A DNA stretch of 64,000 nucleotides from Dehalococcoidia bacterium (lineage in GTDB: Bacteria; Chloroflexota; Dehalococcoidia; UBA2979): positions 288,001-352,000 of the forward strand of contig CAXXDN010000001.1 in NCBI GenBank assembly GCA_963667465.2, read 5' to 3'. Of this stretch, positions 37,951-47,766 are shown piece by piece. The notes beneath the pieces were generated by a model that made no database searches, was not told where the DNA came from, and was given only the letters and a program-made list of their open reading frames with translations. The position numbers and the translations under genes were made by a program. Numbering within the stretch: position 1 is the stretch's first letter; each line of letters opens with the position of its first letter.

Positions 37951-39337
37951 CCGGCGGGCCGCCCGGAGGCTGCCCGCCCCCGGATTGCGCCTCACCCCGC
38001 TGCGCCTCACCCGGCTGCGCGTCGCCCGTGACGGTGGTGATGCGCAGCCGTTCGCGGGCGACGATCTCCCCCCAGAACGGGCGGCGGATCAGCATGATGC
38101 AAATCGCGGAGAGCATCACCAGCAAGCCGTAGATCATGAAGATGCCCTGGTAGGTGCCGGTACGGTCGAAGACCAGCCCGGCGATGATCGGGAAGGCGAC
38201 CCCGAAGGGCATCTGCGACATCATCGTGAGACCCCGGATCGTCGAGAAGCGCGCCGACCCGAAGTAGTCGGCGATCAGGGTCATGAAGAGCACGACGTAG
38301 GCGCCGTGGCCGAAGACGTAGAACGGGTAGAAGAGCGCGAGCAGCCAGATGCGCTCGGATGTCACGTTGGCGAAGATAATCAGCCCGATGCCCTGCGCCA
38401 CGAAGCAGGCGACGTACGTGCGCCTGCGTCCGAACGAGTCAGCGATCAGGCCGAAGAAGAAGCGCCCCGGGATCTGGATTGCCCCGTACACGGCGACGGC
38501 CAGGCCCGCATGCACTGCGGAGAAGCCGACGTTCTGCAGGTGCGGCACCTGGTGCACGATCCAGACATTCTGCGTGGGGCCGCCGAAGGTTATCGCCACG
38601 GCCAGCAGGTAGAACGCCGGCGTGCGCAACGCCTCGGCGACGGACATCCCGCTCGTCGAGGCGAGGTGCGCCGCGTGGTCGCCTCGACGCCTCGCCTCCT
38701 CGGGAGAGATGCCGTCCGGGTGCTGGCCGTAGGGCTCGGGACGGTCGCGCAAGACGCCCACGAGCGGCAGGCCGACCGTGAGAATCACGAAGGCGGCGAT
38801 GACCAGCGTGGTACGCCAGCCGAACTCCGCGATCAGCACGGCGATGACGGGCGCGATCATGTAGCCCGCTGCGTTCCCGGAGAACAGCAGGCCCATCGCC
38901 CGCGAGCGGCTGCGCTGGAACCAGTTCATGACCGCCGCCGAGAACGGCGTGAACCCGCCCGCGCTCTGCCCGATCGCGATCACGAGGCTGGACACGTAGT
39001 AGTGCCAGACCGTCTGCGCGCTCGCGAAGAGCAGCATCCCGGCGAAGACGATGAACAGGCCGCCGAACGCCATTCGCCGCGGCCCGAAGCGATCGACGAG
39101 GTAGCCCGTGAACGGGGCCATCAGCCCGGACTCGAAGGCTCGCAGCGAGTAGCCGATCGTGATCACCGCGACGGTCCAACCCAGCTCGGCGCGGATCGGC
39201 TCGATGAAGACGCCGAAGCTGAAACCGATCACGCCGCCGATGAGGAAGTTCGTCGTCCCTCCGGCCAGCACGATGTACCAGCCGTAGAACAGCGGGCCAC
39301 CCGTCAGCCGGTTGGCGACGCGCACGAGCGCGCTCAC
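37925..39337 (-). CDS. MFS transporter
   Basis: FYGWYIV, GYLVDRFGPR, DSFGRR; about 12 hydrophobic segments. Confidence 0.9.
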   Translation of the reverse strand: MSALVRVANRLTGGPLFYGWYIVLAGGTTNFLIGGVIGFSFGVFIEPIRAELGWTVAVITIGYSLRAFESGLMAPFTGYLVDRFGPRRMAFGGLFIVFAGMLLFASAQTVWHYYVSSLVIAIGQSAGGFTPFSAAVMNWFQRSRSRAMGLLFSGNAAGYMIAPVIAVLIAEFGWRTTLVIAAFVILTVGLPLVGVLRDRPEPYGQHPDGISPEEARRRGDHAAHLASTSGMSVAEALRTPAFYLLAVAITFGGPTQNVWIVHQVPHLQNVGFSAVHAGLAVAVYGAIQIPGRFFFGLIADSFGRRRTYVACFVAQGIGLIIFANVTSERIWLLALFYPFYVFGHGAYVVLFMTLIADYFGSARFSTIRGLTMMSQMPFGVAFPIIAGLVFDRTGTYQGIFMIYGLLVMLSAICIMLIRRPFWGEIVARERLRITTVTGDAQPGEAQRGEAQSGGGQPPGGPPATPPRPPR

Positions 39338-39459
39338 GACCGTCCCATGGGCCGCGCCCTCCGGTTTCCGTTCGAGTTCATGGCCAGCGTCGGGCCCAAT
39401 GCTAACGGAGGGTCGTCGCGCACAACAGGCACCGCTATAGTCCGCGCGGGAGGTGGCTC

Positions 39460-40293
39460 ATGAGCGGACGACTCGAGGGCAAGCGAGCGGTAATCACCGG
39501 AGCGGCGAACGGCCTCGGCCGCGCCTGCGCGGAGCGCTTCGCCGAGGAAGGCGCTTCGATCGTCGTCGCCGACCTGCTGGCGGACGGCGCGGAGGAGGTC
39601 GTCGAGACCATCCGCGCGGCCGGCGGCACGGCCGTCGCCGTGCAGGTCGACACACGGATGGATGAGAGCAACGCCGCGCTGGCAAAGAGCGCGGTCGAGG
39701 CGTTCGGCGGCATCGACATCGTGATCCCGGCCGCCGGAGTGGCGCACCCTGGCTACGTCACCAACGAGGTAGACCACAACGCCCAGCATTTGGCGGCCTT
39801 CGCCGAGGATCCCCTGGGCCACAGCTTCATCTACCAGCCGCTGGAGATGTGGGATTACGTCATGGACGTGAACTTCACCGGCGTGCTGCTGACGCTGCGC
39901 CACACCCTGCGGCCGATGATCGAGGCCGGCGAGGGTGGCGCCGTCGTCACGATCGCCTCGATCCTCGCGAAGCTGCCTGTCGGCGCATCTTCGGCGGCCT
40001 ACCAGGTGGCGAAGGCGGGCGTCTGGATGCTGACCAAGTCGATGGCGCCGGAGCTGGCGAAGCACGACATCCGCATCAACACGATCGGGCCCGGCTACTT
40101 CGAGACCTCGATGACGGAGATGCTCCGCATGGACGAGGCCACGAAGCAGGCGGTGCTGGCGATGGTGCCGATGGGCCGCATGGGCACGCCGCGCGAGCTT
40201 GCCAACACCGCGCTCTTCCTCGCCAGCGAGGACTCCTCGTACTTCACGGGCCAGCTGCTGATCCCGGACGGCGGGTGGTTCCCGACGGCCTAG
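39460..40293 (+). CDS. SDR family oxidoreductase
   Basis: TGAANGLG, YQVAK, NTIGPG. Confidence 0.9.
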   Translation: MSGRLEGKRAVITGAANGLGRACAERFAEEGASIVVADLLADGAEEVVETIRAAGGTAVAVQVDTRMDESNAALAKSAVEAFGGIDIVIPAAGVAHPGYVTNEVDHNAQHLAAFAEDPLGHSFIYQPLEMWDYVMDVNFTGVLLTLRHTLRPMIEAGEGGAVVTIASILAKLPVGASSAAYQVAKAGVWMLTKSMAPELAKHDIRINTIGPGYFETSMTEMLRMDEATKQAVLAMVPMGRMGTPRELANTALFLASEDSSYFTGQLLIPDGGWFPTA

Positions 40294-40312
40294 TCGGGAA
40301 GCGACGCGCGGG

Positions 40313-40774
40313 CTAGAGCAGCGCTGCGAGGCCGAGCGCGACCGCGCCGAGGATCAGCACGAGCGAGGCGGCGACCGCCCAGAGCGAGAGCAGCCAGTAC
40401 CAGGGCGCGGCGATCATCCCGGCCCCGCGCTCGCGCAGCGCGAGGCGCAGGGTGCGCGCCAGCAGCCGCCCGTCGCTCGACCACGGCTCGCCGCGCAGCG
40501 CGGCCTCGCCGAGCTGCGTCCGCAACTCGTCGAGCATTGCGGCGGCGCGGTAGAGCGTGCGCGCGAGGTGGACGAGCAGCAGGCCGGGCAGCAGCAGCGC
40601 GGCGGCGATGACCGCCGCGAGGCTGAGCTCCACAGGCGTCGCCGGGCCCTCGCGACCCGCGATCAACCACCAGACAAGCGCGCCCGCCACGAGCGAGGCG
40701 AACGCGAGGAGCTCGATAGCGCGCAGGCCGCGCCGCGCGAGTCTTGCGGGATCGGCTACGCGCCAGCTATGCAT
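40313..40774 (-). CDS. Hypothetical membrane protein
   Basis: Three hydrophobic segments; fills the intergenic gap. Confidence 0.55.
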   Translation of the reverse strand: MHSWRVADPARLARRGLRAIELLAFASLVAGALVWWLIAGREGPATPVELSLAAVIAAALLLPGLLLVHLARTLYRAAAMLDELRTQLGEAALRGEPWSSDGRLLARTLRLALRERGAGMIAAPWYWLLSLWAVAASLVLILGAVALGLAALL

Positions 40775-40790
40775 CTGTCACCACCAGTGC

Positions 40791-40899
40791 GCCTCCCCGG
40801 AGGCCAGTGCGTAACCGCCCCTGGATTCCCGCGTTCTCCGGAACGACGGTTCTACAGAGTCTGTCCCGGCGAGACGATACGGACGCCTTCCGGGGAGGC
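40791..40899. repeat. Short inverted-repeat element (MITE/REP-like)
   Basis: GCCTCCCCGGA ... TCCGGGGAGGC perfect 11-bp inverted termini. Confidence 0.45.
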
Positions 40900-40955
40900 A
40901 ACAGCCCCCGCGCGCCGAGGCTAGACTGCGGCAGTCACCCGGAGGAGGCAACGCT

Positions 40956-41297
40956 GTGGGCACATACCGCCTGTACACAGGAGACGACGGCGAATCCCGC
41001 GTCGCGCCCATCGACCTGTCGGACACGCCCGACTGGAGGGCGGGTCTGGACGCCACGACCATCAGCTTCCGGGAGGCCCCTCCGGGGAGATTCGTGGACT
41101 GGCACCCGGCGCCCCGCCGGCAGTTCGTCATCATCCTCTCGGGGCAACTCGAGATCGGGCTGAGCGACGGGTCGAAGCACATCTTCGGTCCCGGCGACGC
41201 CCGCCTGGTCGAGGACACGACCGGCAAGGGCCACACCACCGCGGTGCACGGCGACGAGCCCTGCGTGACAGCCACCATCCCGCTCGCCAACCAGTAG
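40956..41297 (+). CDS. Small cupin-fold protein (paralog 3)
   Basis: RLYTGDDGES, WHPAPRRQ, GDARLVEDTTGKGH. Confidence 0.8.
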   Translation: MGTYRLYTGDDGESRVAPIDLSDTPDWRAGLDATTISFREAPPGRFVDWHPAPRRQFVIILSGQLEIGLSDGSKHIFGPGDARLVEDTTGKGHTTAVHGDEPCVTATIPLANQ

Positions 41298-41455
41298 CAT
41301 CGCCCCAGCCCCGGCGGGCCGGACAGCGTGCGCGATTCCGCCTCGAATCTACCTAAATCGCCGCCTCGATCCGGCAGGCTCGAGGTGGGCCGGTTGTCGC
41401 TTCGCGGGCGGTGGCGGAAGCTCGCGAGGGCGTCCAACCGGCGAGGGGGCCAGGC

Positions 41456-42487
41456 ATGCGCTATCGCACGATCGCGGGTACGGACATCTCCGTCTCGGAG
41501 CTCGGCTTCGGCGTCTGGACGGTCGCCGCCGGGTGGTGGGGCGACTACAGCGACGACGAGGCCGTGACGCTGCTGCGGCAGGGCCATGAGCGCGGCATCA
41601 ACTTCTTCGACACCGCCGATACCTACGGCAACGGGCGCGGCGAGACGATCCTGCAGCAGGCCTTCCCCGGCGCCGATCGAGACAAGATCGTGATCGCCAC
41701 CAAGTTTGGCTACGACTGGGAATCGCAGATCGGCAAGCGCCGCGAGGGCCACCAGGAGGCTCCGCACTGCTTCGAGCCGGACTTCCTGCAGCGCGCCCTC
41801 GACGGCTCGCTGCGCCGCCTCGGCACGGACCGCATCGACCTCTGGCAGCTGCACAACGTGCGCATGGAGCACCTGGAGCGCGACGACGTCTGGAGCTTCC
41901 TCGACCGCGTGCGGCGCGAGGGCAAGGTGCGCAGCGTCGGGGCCGCCCTCGGTCCGGCGATCGGCTGGCGCGAAGAGGGACTGTACGCCCTCGCCGAGCG
42001 GCAGGTCGAGGTCGTGCACATGATCTACAACGCGCTTGAGCTGGACCCCGGCCGAGAGCTGATCGCGGCGGCGCGCGCGGCCGGACGCTCGCTGATGGTG
42101 CGGGTGCCGCATTCCTCGGGGATGCTCGAGGGCAAGTACACGGTGGACACCGTCTTCGACGAGAACGACCACCGCCGCCACCGTCCCCGCGCCTGGCTGA
42201 TCAACGGCCTCAAGAAGATTGAGCAGCTCGATTTCCTGACCGAGACGACGGGCGGCATGCTCGGACAGGCGGCGCTGCGCTACATCCTCAAGGATCCGGA
42301 GATCGTCTGCACGCTGCCCAACATCTACGGCCTCGAGCAGATCGAGGAGTTCGCGGGGGCCGCAGACTGCGGCGACGTGACTCCCGAGGCCGCCGCACGC
42401 GTCGAGGCGCTGTACGAGTCCAACTACGGCCTGCCGCTCGAGCAGGAGGCCGCCGTCACGGCGGCGGCGGGACGGGGGTCGCGATGA
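41456..42487 (+). CDS. Aldo/keto reductase
   Basis: VSELGFG, FDTADTYG, IATKFG, DLWQLHN. Confidence 0.9.
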   Translation: MRYRTIAGTDISVSELGFGVWTVAAGWWGDYSDDEAVTLLRQGHERGINFFDTADTYGNGRGETILQQAFPGADRDKIVIATKFGYDWESQIGKRREGHQEAPHCFEPDFLQRALDGSLRRLGTDRIDLWQLHNVRMEHLERDDVWSFLDRVRREGKVRSVGAALGPAIGWREEGLYALAERQVEVVHMIYNALELDPGRELIAAARAAGRSLMVRVPHSSGMLEGKYTVDTVFDENDHRRHRPRAWLINGLKKIEQLDFLTETTGGMLGQAALRYILKDPEIVCTLPNIYGLEQIEEFAGAADCGDVTPEAAARVEALYESNYGLPLEQEAAVTAAAGRGSR

Positions 42488-43287
42488 CGACGACCGAGGC
42501 ACACAGCGGCTCGCACCCGGCGTCCGGCTACCACTCGCGGCCGGAGGCGGCGGAGGGCGGCGCACCGCGCAGCCCGCGCGGGGTGCAGTCCGTCAAGTTC
42601 AGCTTCTATCGCGTGCGCGACGAGGTGCGCGCGCTGCCGGCGGCCGAGCGCGAGGCGATCGCGGAGGGGCTCGAGGCGCTGCTGGAGCGCTCGGCGAGAT
42701 CGCTGCTGACGCGGCTCTACTCGACGGTGGGAACGCGCGCGGACACGGATTTCCTGGTCTGGCAGGTCCACGACGACCTCGCGCCGATCCAGGACTGGCA
42801 CGCGCTGCTGCTCGGCTCCGCGGCGGGCGCGGCGCTGGAGCGCCCGCACTCCCTTCTCTCGATGACGATGCGCTCGATCTACACCAACCCCCTGCACGAG
42901 GGCACGGGCTCGCGCGACCGGCTGCGCGAAGATGGCGGCGTGAAGGGCTATCTCTTCGTCTACCCGATGGTGAAGACGCGCGCCTGGTACAAGCTGCCTC
43001 GCGACGAGCGGCAGCGGATCATGAACGAGCACATCGCGATCGGCCACCGCTACCACGACATCCAGATCAACACCACCTACTCCTACGGCCTCGACGACCA
43101 GGAGTTCGTCGTGGCCTTCGAGGGCGACGACCCCGGCGAGTTCCTGGCGCTGGTGCGCGAGCTGCGCGACTCCGAGTCGTCCTCCTACACGGAGCGCGAC
43201 ACGCCGATGTTCACCTGCCGCCGCATCGACACGCCTCGCGAGCTGACGGCGCACGTCGGCCTGCGCACTTCCGGGGGCGCCTCGTGA
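42484..43287 (+). CDS. Chlorite dismutase family, likely coproheme decarboxylase (ChdC/HemQ-like)
   Basis: YSTVGTRADTD, YPMVK, WY.LP..ER..IM.EH, GLDDQEFVVAFE; no Arg at the Cld distal position by visual alignment. Confidence 0.8.
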   Translation: MTTTEAHSGSHPASGYHSRPEAAEGGAPRSPRGVQSVKFSFYRVRDEVRALPAAEREAIAEGLEALLERSARSLLTRLYSTVGTRADTDFLVWQVHDDLAPIQDWHALLLGSAAGAALERPHSLLSMTMRSIYTNPLHEGTGSRDRLREDGGVKGYLFVYPMVKTRAWYKLPRDERQRIMNEHIAIGHRYHDIQINTTYSYGLDDQEFVVAFEGDDPGEFLALVRELRDSESSSYTERDTPMFTCRRIDTPRELTAHVGLRTSGGAS

Positions 43288-43586
43288 GCGTGCGGCTCGC
43301 GGCGCTGTTCACCGCCACGCCGGGCGGCGAGCAGCGGCTGCGCGAGGTGCTGCAGTCCGACGCGCGCTCGACGCAGAGCGACGACGGCGCGGAGCGCTTC
43401 GAGCTGTTCGTCAGCGCCGAGAACGAGCGCCGCCTGGTGCTGATCGAGCAGTGGCGCACGCAGGACGATCTGGACGCGCACAAGACGCACGAGCACCGCA
43501 ACGAGACCCACGCCGCGCTGCACGGCGAGGACATCCTCGAGGACCTCGAAATCTGGATCTGCGAACCGAGGGATGGCCCCGCATGA
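43284..43586 (+). CDS. ABM/putative quinol monooxygenase 1
   Basis: G..RFEL, LIEQW..DLDAH..EH; GTGA coupled. Confidence 0.8.
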   Translation: MSVRLAALFTATPGGEQRLREVLQSDARSTQSDDGAERFELFVSAENERRLVLIEQWRTQDDLDAHKTHEHRNETHAALHGEDILEDLEIWICEPRDGPA

Positions 43587-43879
43587 CGATCAAGCTGACC
43601 GTGTCGATCACCGCCAACCCGGACGGCCGCGATCAGCTGCTGGAGATCCTGCGCGGGGACGTCACCGGCAGCCGCGAGGAGCCGGGCAACACCCGCTTCG
43701 ACCTCTACGTGCAGGACGACGACCCCAACCGCTTCGTGCTGATCGAGGAGTGGCCCAACCAGGAGGCGTTCAACCACCACATCCAGCAGGACTACCTCCA
43801 GCGCCTGCGCGAGGCCTTCGAGGACCCCTCGCTCTGCGCTGGCCGCGATGTCTGGCGCCTGGTCGAGGACGACGAGTGA
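43583..43879 (+). CDS. ABM/putative quinol monooxygenase 2
   Basis: EPGNTRFDL, DPNRFVLIEEW..AFNHH; ATGA coupled. Confidence 0.85.
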   Translation: MTIKLTVSITANPDGRDQLLEILRGDVTGSREEPGNTRFDLYVQDDDPNRFVLIEEWPNQEAFNHHIQQDYLQRLREAFEDPSLCAGRDVWRLVEDDE

Positions 43880-44187
43880 GCCAGCGCGCGACGGTCTTCC
43901 TGAGCGCAAACCCCGACGGCCTCGAGGAGGTCCTGGGTCTGCTCCGCGCCTACGCCGAGGCGGGGCCGGGGGAGCCGGGCAACCTGCGCCTGCGGGTGAG
44001 CCGGGACATCCTCGACCCCTCGCAGTTCGTGATGTGCGAGGAGTGGGAGACGCAGGAGGCGCTCGACGCGCACATGACGCACGACCACACGCAGGCGCTG
44101 CTCGCCGCATTCGGCAACTCCGGCCTGATCACGGGAACCGAGATCTGGCAGTCGTTCGAGCTGCAGCCATCGGGAGGAGCGGCATGA
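43876..44187 (+). CDS. ABM/putative quinol monooxygenase 3
   Basis: EPGN, DPSQFVMCEEW..ALDAH..DH; GTGA coupled. Confidence 0.85.
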   Translation: MSQRATVFLSANPDGLEEVLGLLRAYAEAGPGEPGNLRLRVSRDILDPSQFVMCEEWETQEALDAHMTHDHTQALLAAFGNSGLITGTEIWQSFELQPSGGAA

Positions 44188-44480
44188 CCAGCCGCCTCAC
44201 CATCTTCATCTCCGCGAACCCGCAGGGGCGTGAGCACTTGCTGGAACTGCTGCGCGCGGACGCCGAGGCGACCCCGCGGGAGCCGGGCAACGCCGGCTTC
44301 CGGGTGAGCCAGGACATCCTCGACCCCGATCGCCTCGTGCTCTGCGAGGCGTGGGAGAGCCGCGAGGCGCTCGAGGCGCACTTCGCACACGAGCACTACA
44401 AGGCCGTGAAGGCCGCGTTCGCTGACCCACAACTGATCGTCGCGTCCGAGGTCTGGGCCGCGCCGGGGGAGGACGCATGA
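44184..44480 (+). CDS. ABM/putative quinol monooxygenase 4
   Basis: EPGN, DPDRLVLCEAW..ALEAH..EH; ATGA coupled. Confidence 0.85.
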   Translation: MTSRLTIFISANPQGREHLLELLRADAEATPREPGNAGFRVSQDILDPDRLVLCEAWESREALEAHFAHEHYKAVKAAFADPQLIVASEVWAAPGEDA

Positions 44481-45613
44481 CAACCGGGGCGGCCATCCCG
44501 GCCGGCGTCGACGACCCGACCAACGCCGCCATCCTCGCGGTTTCCGAGGATCGCGTGGCCGGCTTCCAGCGCGACCCGCTGGGGCGCATCGCCGAGCGCT
44601 CCGGCGTGGCCCTGCCGGTCGTCGTCGAGCGGATTCGCGTGATGCTCGAGGCGGGGACGATCCGGCGGGTGCGCCAGACGCTGCTCGCGAACAAGCTGGC
44701 GCCGGGCGCGCTCGTCGCCTGGCGGCTGCCCGAGGAGCGCCTGCACGAGGGCTTCGACTACCTCTTCGAGCAAGACCCGTTCTCCGGCCACGTCGTGATC
44801 CGTAGCGCCGACCCGGCCACGCCGGGCGCGAGCTACCGCCTCTGGACCACGCTCAAGACGCCCGTCGGCTTCTCGCTGGAGCGGCACTGCGAATTGCTGG
44901 CTGGGCGCATCGGCGCGGAGGCGTTCCGGCTGATGCCGGCGAAGCGGCTCTTCACCCTCGGCGTCGGCCACGTGCGGCGGCGCGGGCTGGAGCCGGGCGC
45001 GCGCAGCGACGAGCCCGCGCGGGTGATCGACACGGAGATCGTGGACCTCGACGAGCAAGACTGGCGCGTGCTGCTGGCGCTCAAGCGCGAGTTCGCGCCG
45101 GAGGAGATCGGCCCCGACCTCTGGGCAGGTCGCGCCGCCGAGGCGGGCCGCTCCCTCGAGGCGTTCTTCGAGGCCGCCGAAGAGCTCGACCGGCGCGGTG
45201 TCGTCGGGCGCTTCTCGACCTTCCTCGAGCACGTCAAGCGGGTCGCGGGGGCGGCGCCGGTGACGCGCTACAACGCGCTGTTCCACTGGGCCGTGCCGCA
45301 GGGGCGCGAGCTCGACGCCGGGCGCGAAGTCGGCCGCCATCACGTGATGACGCACGCCTACTGGCGCGAGGGCGGCCCGGAGTTCCGCAACGTCAACGTG
45401 ATGGGCGTGGCCCACGGCACGGACAAGGACCTGCTGCTGGCCCACAAGGCGGCGATCGACGAGCACCTCGCCGAGGCCGGCATCACCGTGGGCTACACCA
45501 ATGTCTTCTGGGGCGGTCGCAGCGAGATCAAGCCCTCGGAGATCGCACCCGACGCGTACGTCGCGTGGGTGCGCGAGCAGAGCGTGGACCCGGACGAACT
45601 GCGCGAAGCGTAG
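44477..45613 (+). CDS. Fused two-repeat Lrp/AsnC-like protein, siroheme decarboxylase AhbAB/NirDL-like
   Basis: Two HTH + alpha/beta repeats; GTIRRV, GALVAW, GHVVIR; GRFSTFLEH, NAL..W, THAYWR, MGVAHG. Confidence 0.7.
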   Translation: MTTGAAIPAGVDDPTNAAILAVSEDRVAGFQRDPLGRIAERSGVALPVVVERIRVMLEAGTIRRVRQTLLANKLAPGALVAWRLPEERLHEGFDYLFEQDPFSGHVVIRSADPATPGASYRLWTTLKTPVGFSLERHCELLAGRIGAEAFRLMPAKRLFTLGVGHVRRRGLEPGARSDEPARVIDTEIVDLDEQDWRVLLALKREFAPEEIGPDLWAGRAAEAGRSLEAFFEAAEELDRRGVVGRFSTFLEHVKRVAGAAPVTRYNALFHWAVPQGRELDAGREVGRHHVMTHAYWREGGPEFRNVNVMGVAHGTDKDLLLAHKAAIDEHLAEAGITVGYTNVFWGGRSEIKPSEIAPDAYVAWVREQSVDPDELREA

Positions 45614-45664
45614 CCCGGCGCCCCCGGACCCACCTTCCGGGCCCTCCGGACCTCCTCGGAACCC

Positions 45665-45696
45665 TTAATCGAGGGTTAACCGCGCCCGCTCAGCAT
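45665..45696 (+). promoter_or_regulatory. Pho-box-like direct repeat and -10 element upstream of pstS
   Basis: TTAATC-N5-TTAACC (11-bp period), 9 nt, then CAGCAT. Confidence 0.55.
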
Positions 45697-45789
45697 CGCG
45701 ATCGGTGACGGAGATCGGCCCGCCCGGGGTTGTACTGCGCGCCGGAAACAGAGCCGTCCGTACAGGACATGCCGAGGAGGTAACAGCGA

Positions 45790-46800
45790 GTGTTCGCATT
45801 CCGATGGGGGAGACTGCTCCCACTGGTCATGCTCGCCGTCGCGGCGACGATGCTGATCGTGGCGTGCGGCGACGATGACAGCGAAGACCCCGCAACCGGC
45901 AGCGAGACGCCTGCCACGACGACGAGTGACAGCGAGGAGCTCTCCGGCAGCGTGGCGATCGACGGCTCCAGCACCGTCTTCCCGGTGACCGAGGCGGTCG
46001 CCGAGGAGTTCCGCTCCGTCGCGCCCGACGTGCGCGTCACCGTCGGCGTCTCCGGCACCGGCGGCGGCTTCGAGAAGTTCTGCAACAGCGAGACCGACAT
46101 CTCCGACGCCTCCCGCCCGATCAAGCAGAGCGAGATCGACAACTGCGCCGCGAACGGCATCGAGTACCTGCCGCTGCGCGTCGGCCTCGACGGCCTCGCC
46201 GTCGTCGCCCACCCGGACGCCAGCTTCCTCGAGTGCATCACGATGGAGGAGCTGGCGATCCTCTGGGGTCCAGGCTCCGAGGGCAGCATCAATAGCTGGA
46301 ACCAGGTGCGTACCGGCTGGCCTGACGACGAGATCAAGCTCTTCGGTCCTGACACCGACTCGGGCACCTTCGACTTCTTCACCGAGGAAGTGAACGGCGA
46401 GGGCGGCGCCTCGCGCGCCGACTACACCAACTCCACCGACGACAACGTGCTGGTCACCGGCATCTCCGGCTCGACCGGGGGCTCCGGCTACTTCGGCTAC
46501 GCCTACTACGCCGAGAACCGGGAGCGCCTGCGCGTGGTCGCCGTCGACGGCGGCGAGGGCTGCATCATCCCCTCCGACGCGACGGTCTCGGACGGCTCCT
46601 ACCCGCTGGCGCGACCGCTCTACATCTACGTCTCGCTGGCGTCGCTGGCGGAGCAGCCACAGGTCCGCGAGTTCGTCCGCTACTTCCTGAGCGACGCCGC
46701 GATTGCGCTCGTGCCCGAGGTGGGGTACACCGCAATTGCTGCCGACGAGCTCGCCGAATCCCGCGCCAACCTCGAGGCCGCCATCGCCGGTGGCGGCTAG
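45790..46800 (+). CDS. pstS: Phosphate ABC transporter substrate-binding lipoprotein
   Basis: Lipobox VAC, DGSSTVFP, SGTGGG, DASR, DSGT. Confidence 0.93.
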   Translation: MFAFRWGRLLPLVMLAVAATMLIVACGDDDSEDPATGSETPATTTSDSEELSGSVAIDGSSTVFPVTEAVAEEFRSVAPDVRVTVGVSGTGGGFEKFCNSETDISDASRPIKQSEIDNCAANGIEYLPLRVGLDGLAVVAHPDASFLECITMEELAILWGPGSEGSINSWNQVRTGWPDDEIKLFGPDTDSGTFDFFTEEVNGEGGASRADYTNSTDDNVLVTGISGSTGGSGYFGYAYYAENRERLRVVAVDGGEGCIIPSDATVSDGSYPLARPLYIYVSLASLAEQPQVREFVRYFLSDAAIALVPEVGYTAIAADELAESRANLEAAIAGGG

Positions 46801-46833
46801 CGAGCGAGGAGAGAGCACAGGGGTGAGCAGCTG

Positions 46834-47766
46834 ATGGCTGCCGAAGCAGCAGCAGGGCCGGCGGCGCAATTCCAGCGCCGCCGCAGCCGCGAGTTGGTCG
46901 AGCGCGCGATCGGCTACGCGCTGTTCCTCTGCGCGGCGATCACGGTGCTCACCACGGTGGGCATCGTGCTCATCCTCGTCGTCGAGGGCTTGCAGTTCTT
47001 CCGCGACGTCTCGCCCTGGGAGTTCTTCACCGGCACGAAGTGGACGCCACTCTACACGAACCAGTCGTTCGGCGTGCTGCCGCTGATCGGCGGCACGCTG
47101 CTGGTGGCGGTGGGGGCGGCGCTGATCTCCGTGCCGGTCGGGAGCGCGAGCGCGATCTACCTCTCCGAGTTCGCGAGTCCCGGCACGCGCGCCGTGCTGA
47201 AGCCGATCCTCGAAATCCTCGCGGGCGTCCCCACGGTGGTCTACGGCTACTTCGCCCTCACCGCGGTGACGCCGCTGCTCCGCGCCACGCTCTTCCCGGA
47301 GACGGAGATCTTCAACGGGCTCTCGGCGATGGTCGTGGTCGGGATCATGACCATCCCGATGGTCTCCTCGCTCTCCGACGACGCCCTGCACGCCGTCCCG
47401 GCCGACCTGCGCGAGGCCGCCTACGGCGTGGGCGCCACGAAGTTCGAGGTGGTCACGCGCGTCGTCTACCCGGCGGCGCTGAGCGGGATCATCGCCTCCT
47501 ACATCCTCGCCGCCTCGCGGGCGATCGGGGAGACGATGGCGGTGACGATCGCGGCGGGCGCGTCGCCGAACCTGACGGCGAACCCGCTGGAGTCGATCCA
47601 GACGATGACCGCCTACATCGTGCAGGTCTCGCTCGGTGATACGCCGCACGGGACGATCGAGTTCCGCACCATCTTCGTCGTCGCGCTGACACTGTTCGTC
47701 ATGACGCTCGTCATGAACATCATCGCCGCGCGGGTCACTGCCCGCTTCCGGGAGGTCTACGACTGA
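46834..47766 (+). CDS. pstC: Phosphate ABC transporter permease
   Basis: [28 protein letters not shown]. Confidence 0.93.
   Translation: MAAEAAAGPAAQFQRRRSRELVERAIGYALFLCAAITVLTTVGIVLILVVEGLQFFRDVSPWEFFTGTKWTPLYTNQSFGVLPLIGGTLLVAVGAALISVPVGSASAIYLSEFASPGTRAVLKPILEILAGVPTVVYGYFALTAVTPLLRATLFPETEIFNGLSAMVVVGIMTIPMVSSLSDDALHAVPADLREAAYGVGATKFEVVTRVVYPAALSGIIASYILAASRAIGETMAVTIAAGASPNLTANPLESIQTMTAYIVQVSLGDTPHGTIEFRTIFVVALTLFVMTLVMNIIAARVTARFREVYD

Noticed and set aside
37987-38030. 15-bp tandem repeats in the MFS 3' end
   Set aside because: They encode a low-complexity disordered tail (GEAQ repeats); likely neutral slippage.
42484-43287. True chlorite dismutase (perchlorate/chlorite respiration)
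   Set aside because: The distal Arg appears absent, the ChdC-type Tyr/Lys are present, and the neighbour is AhbAB-like.
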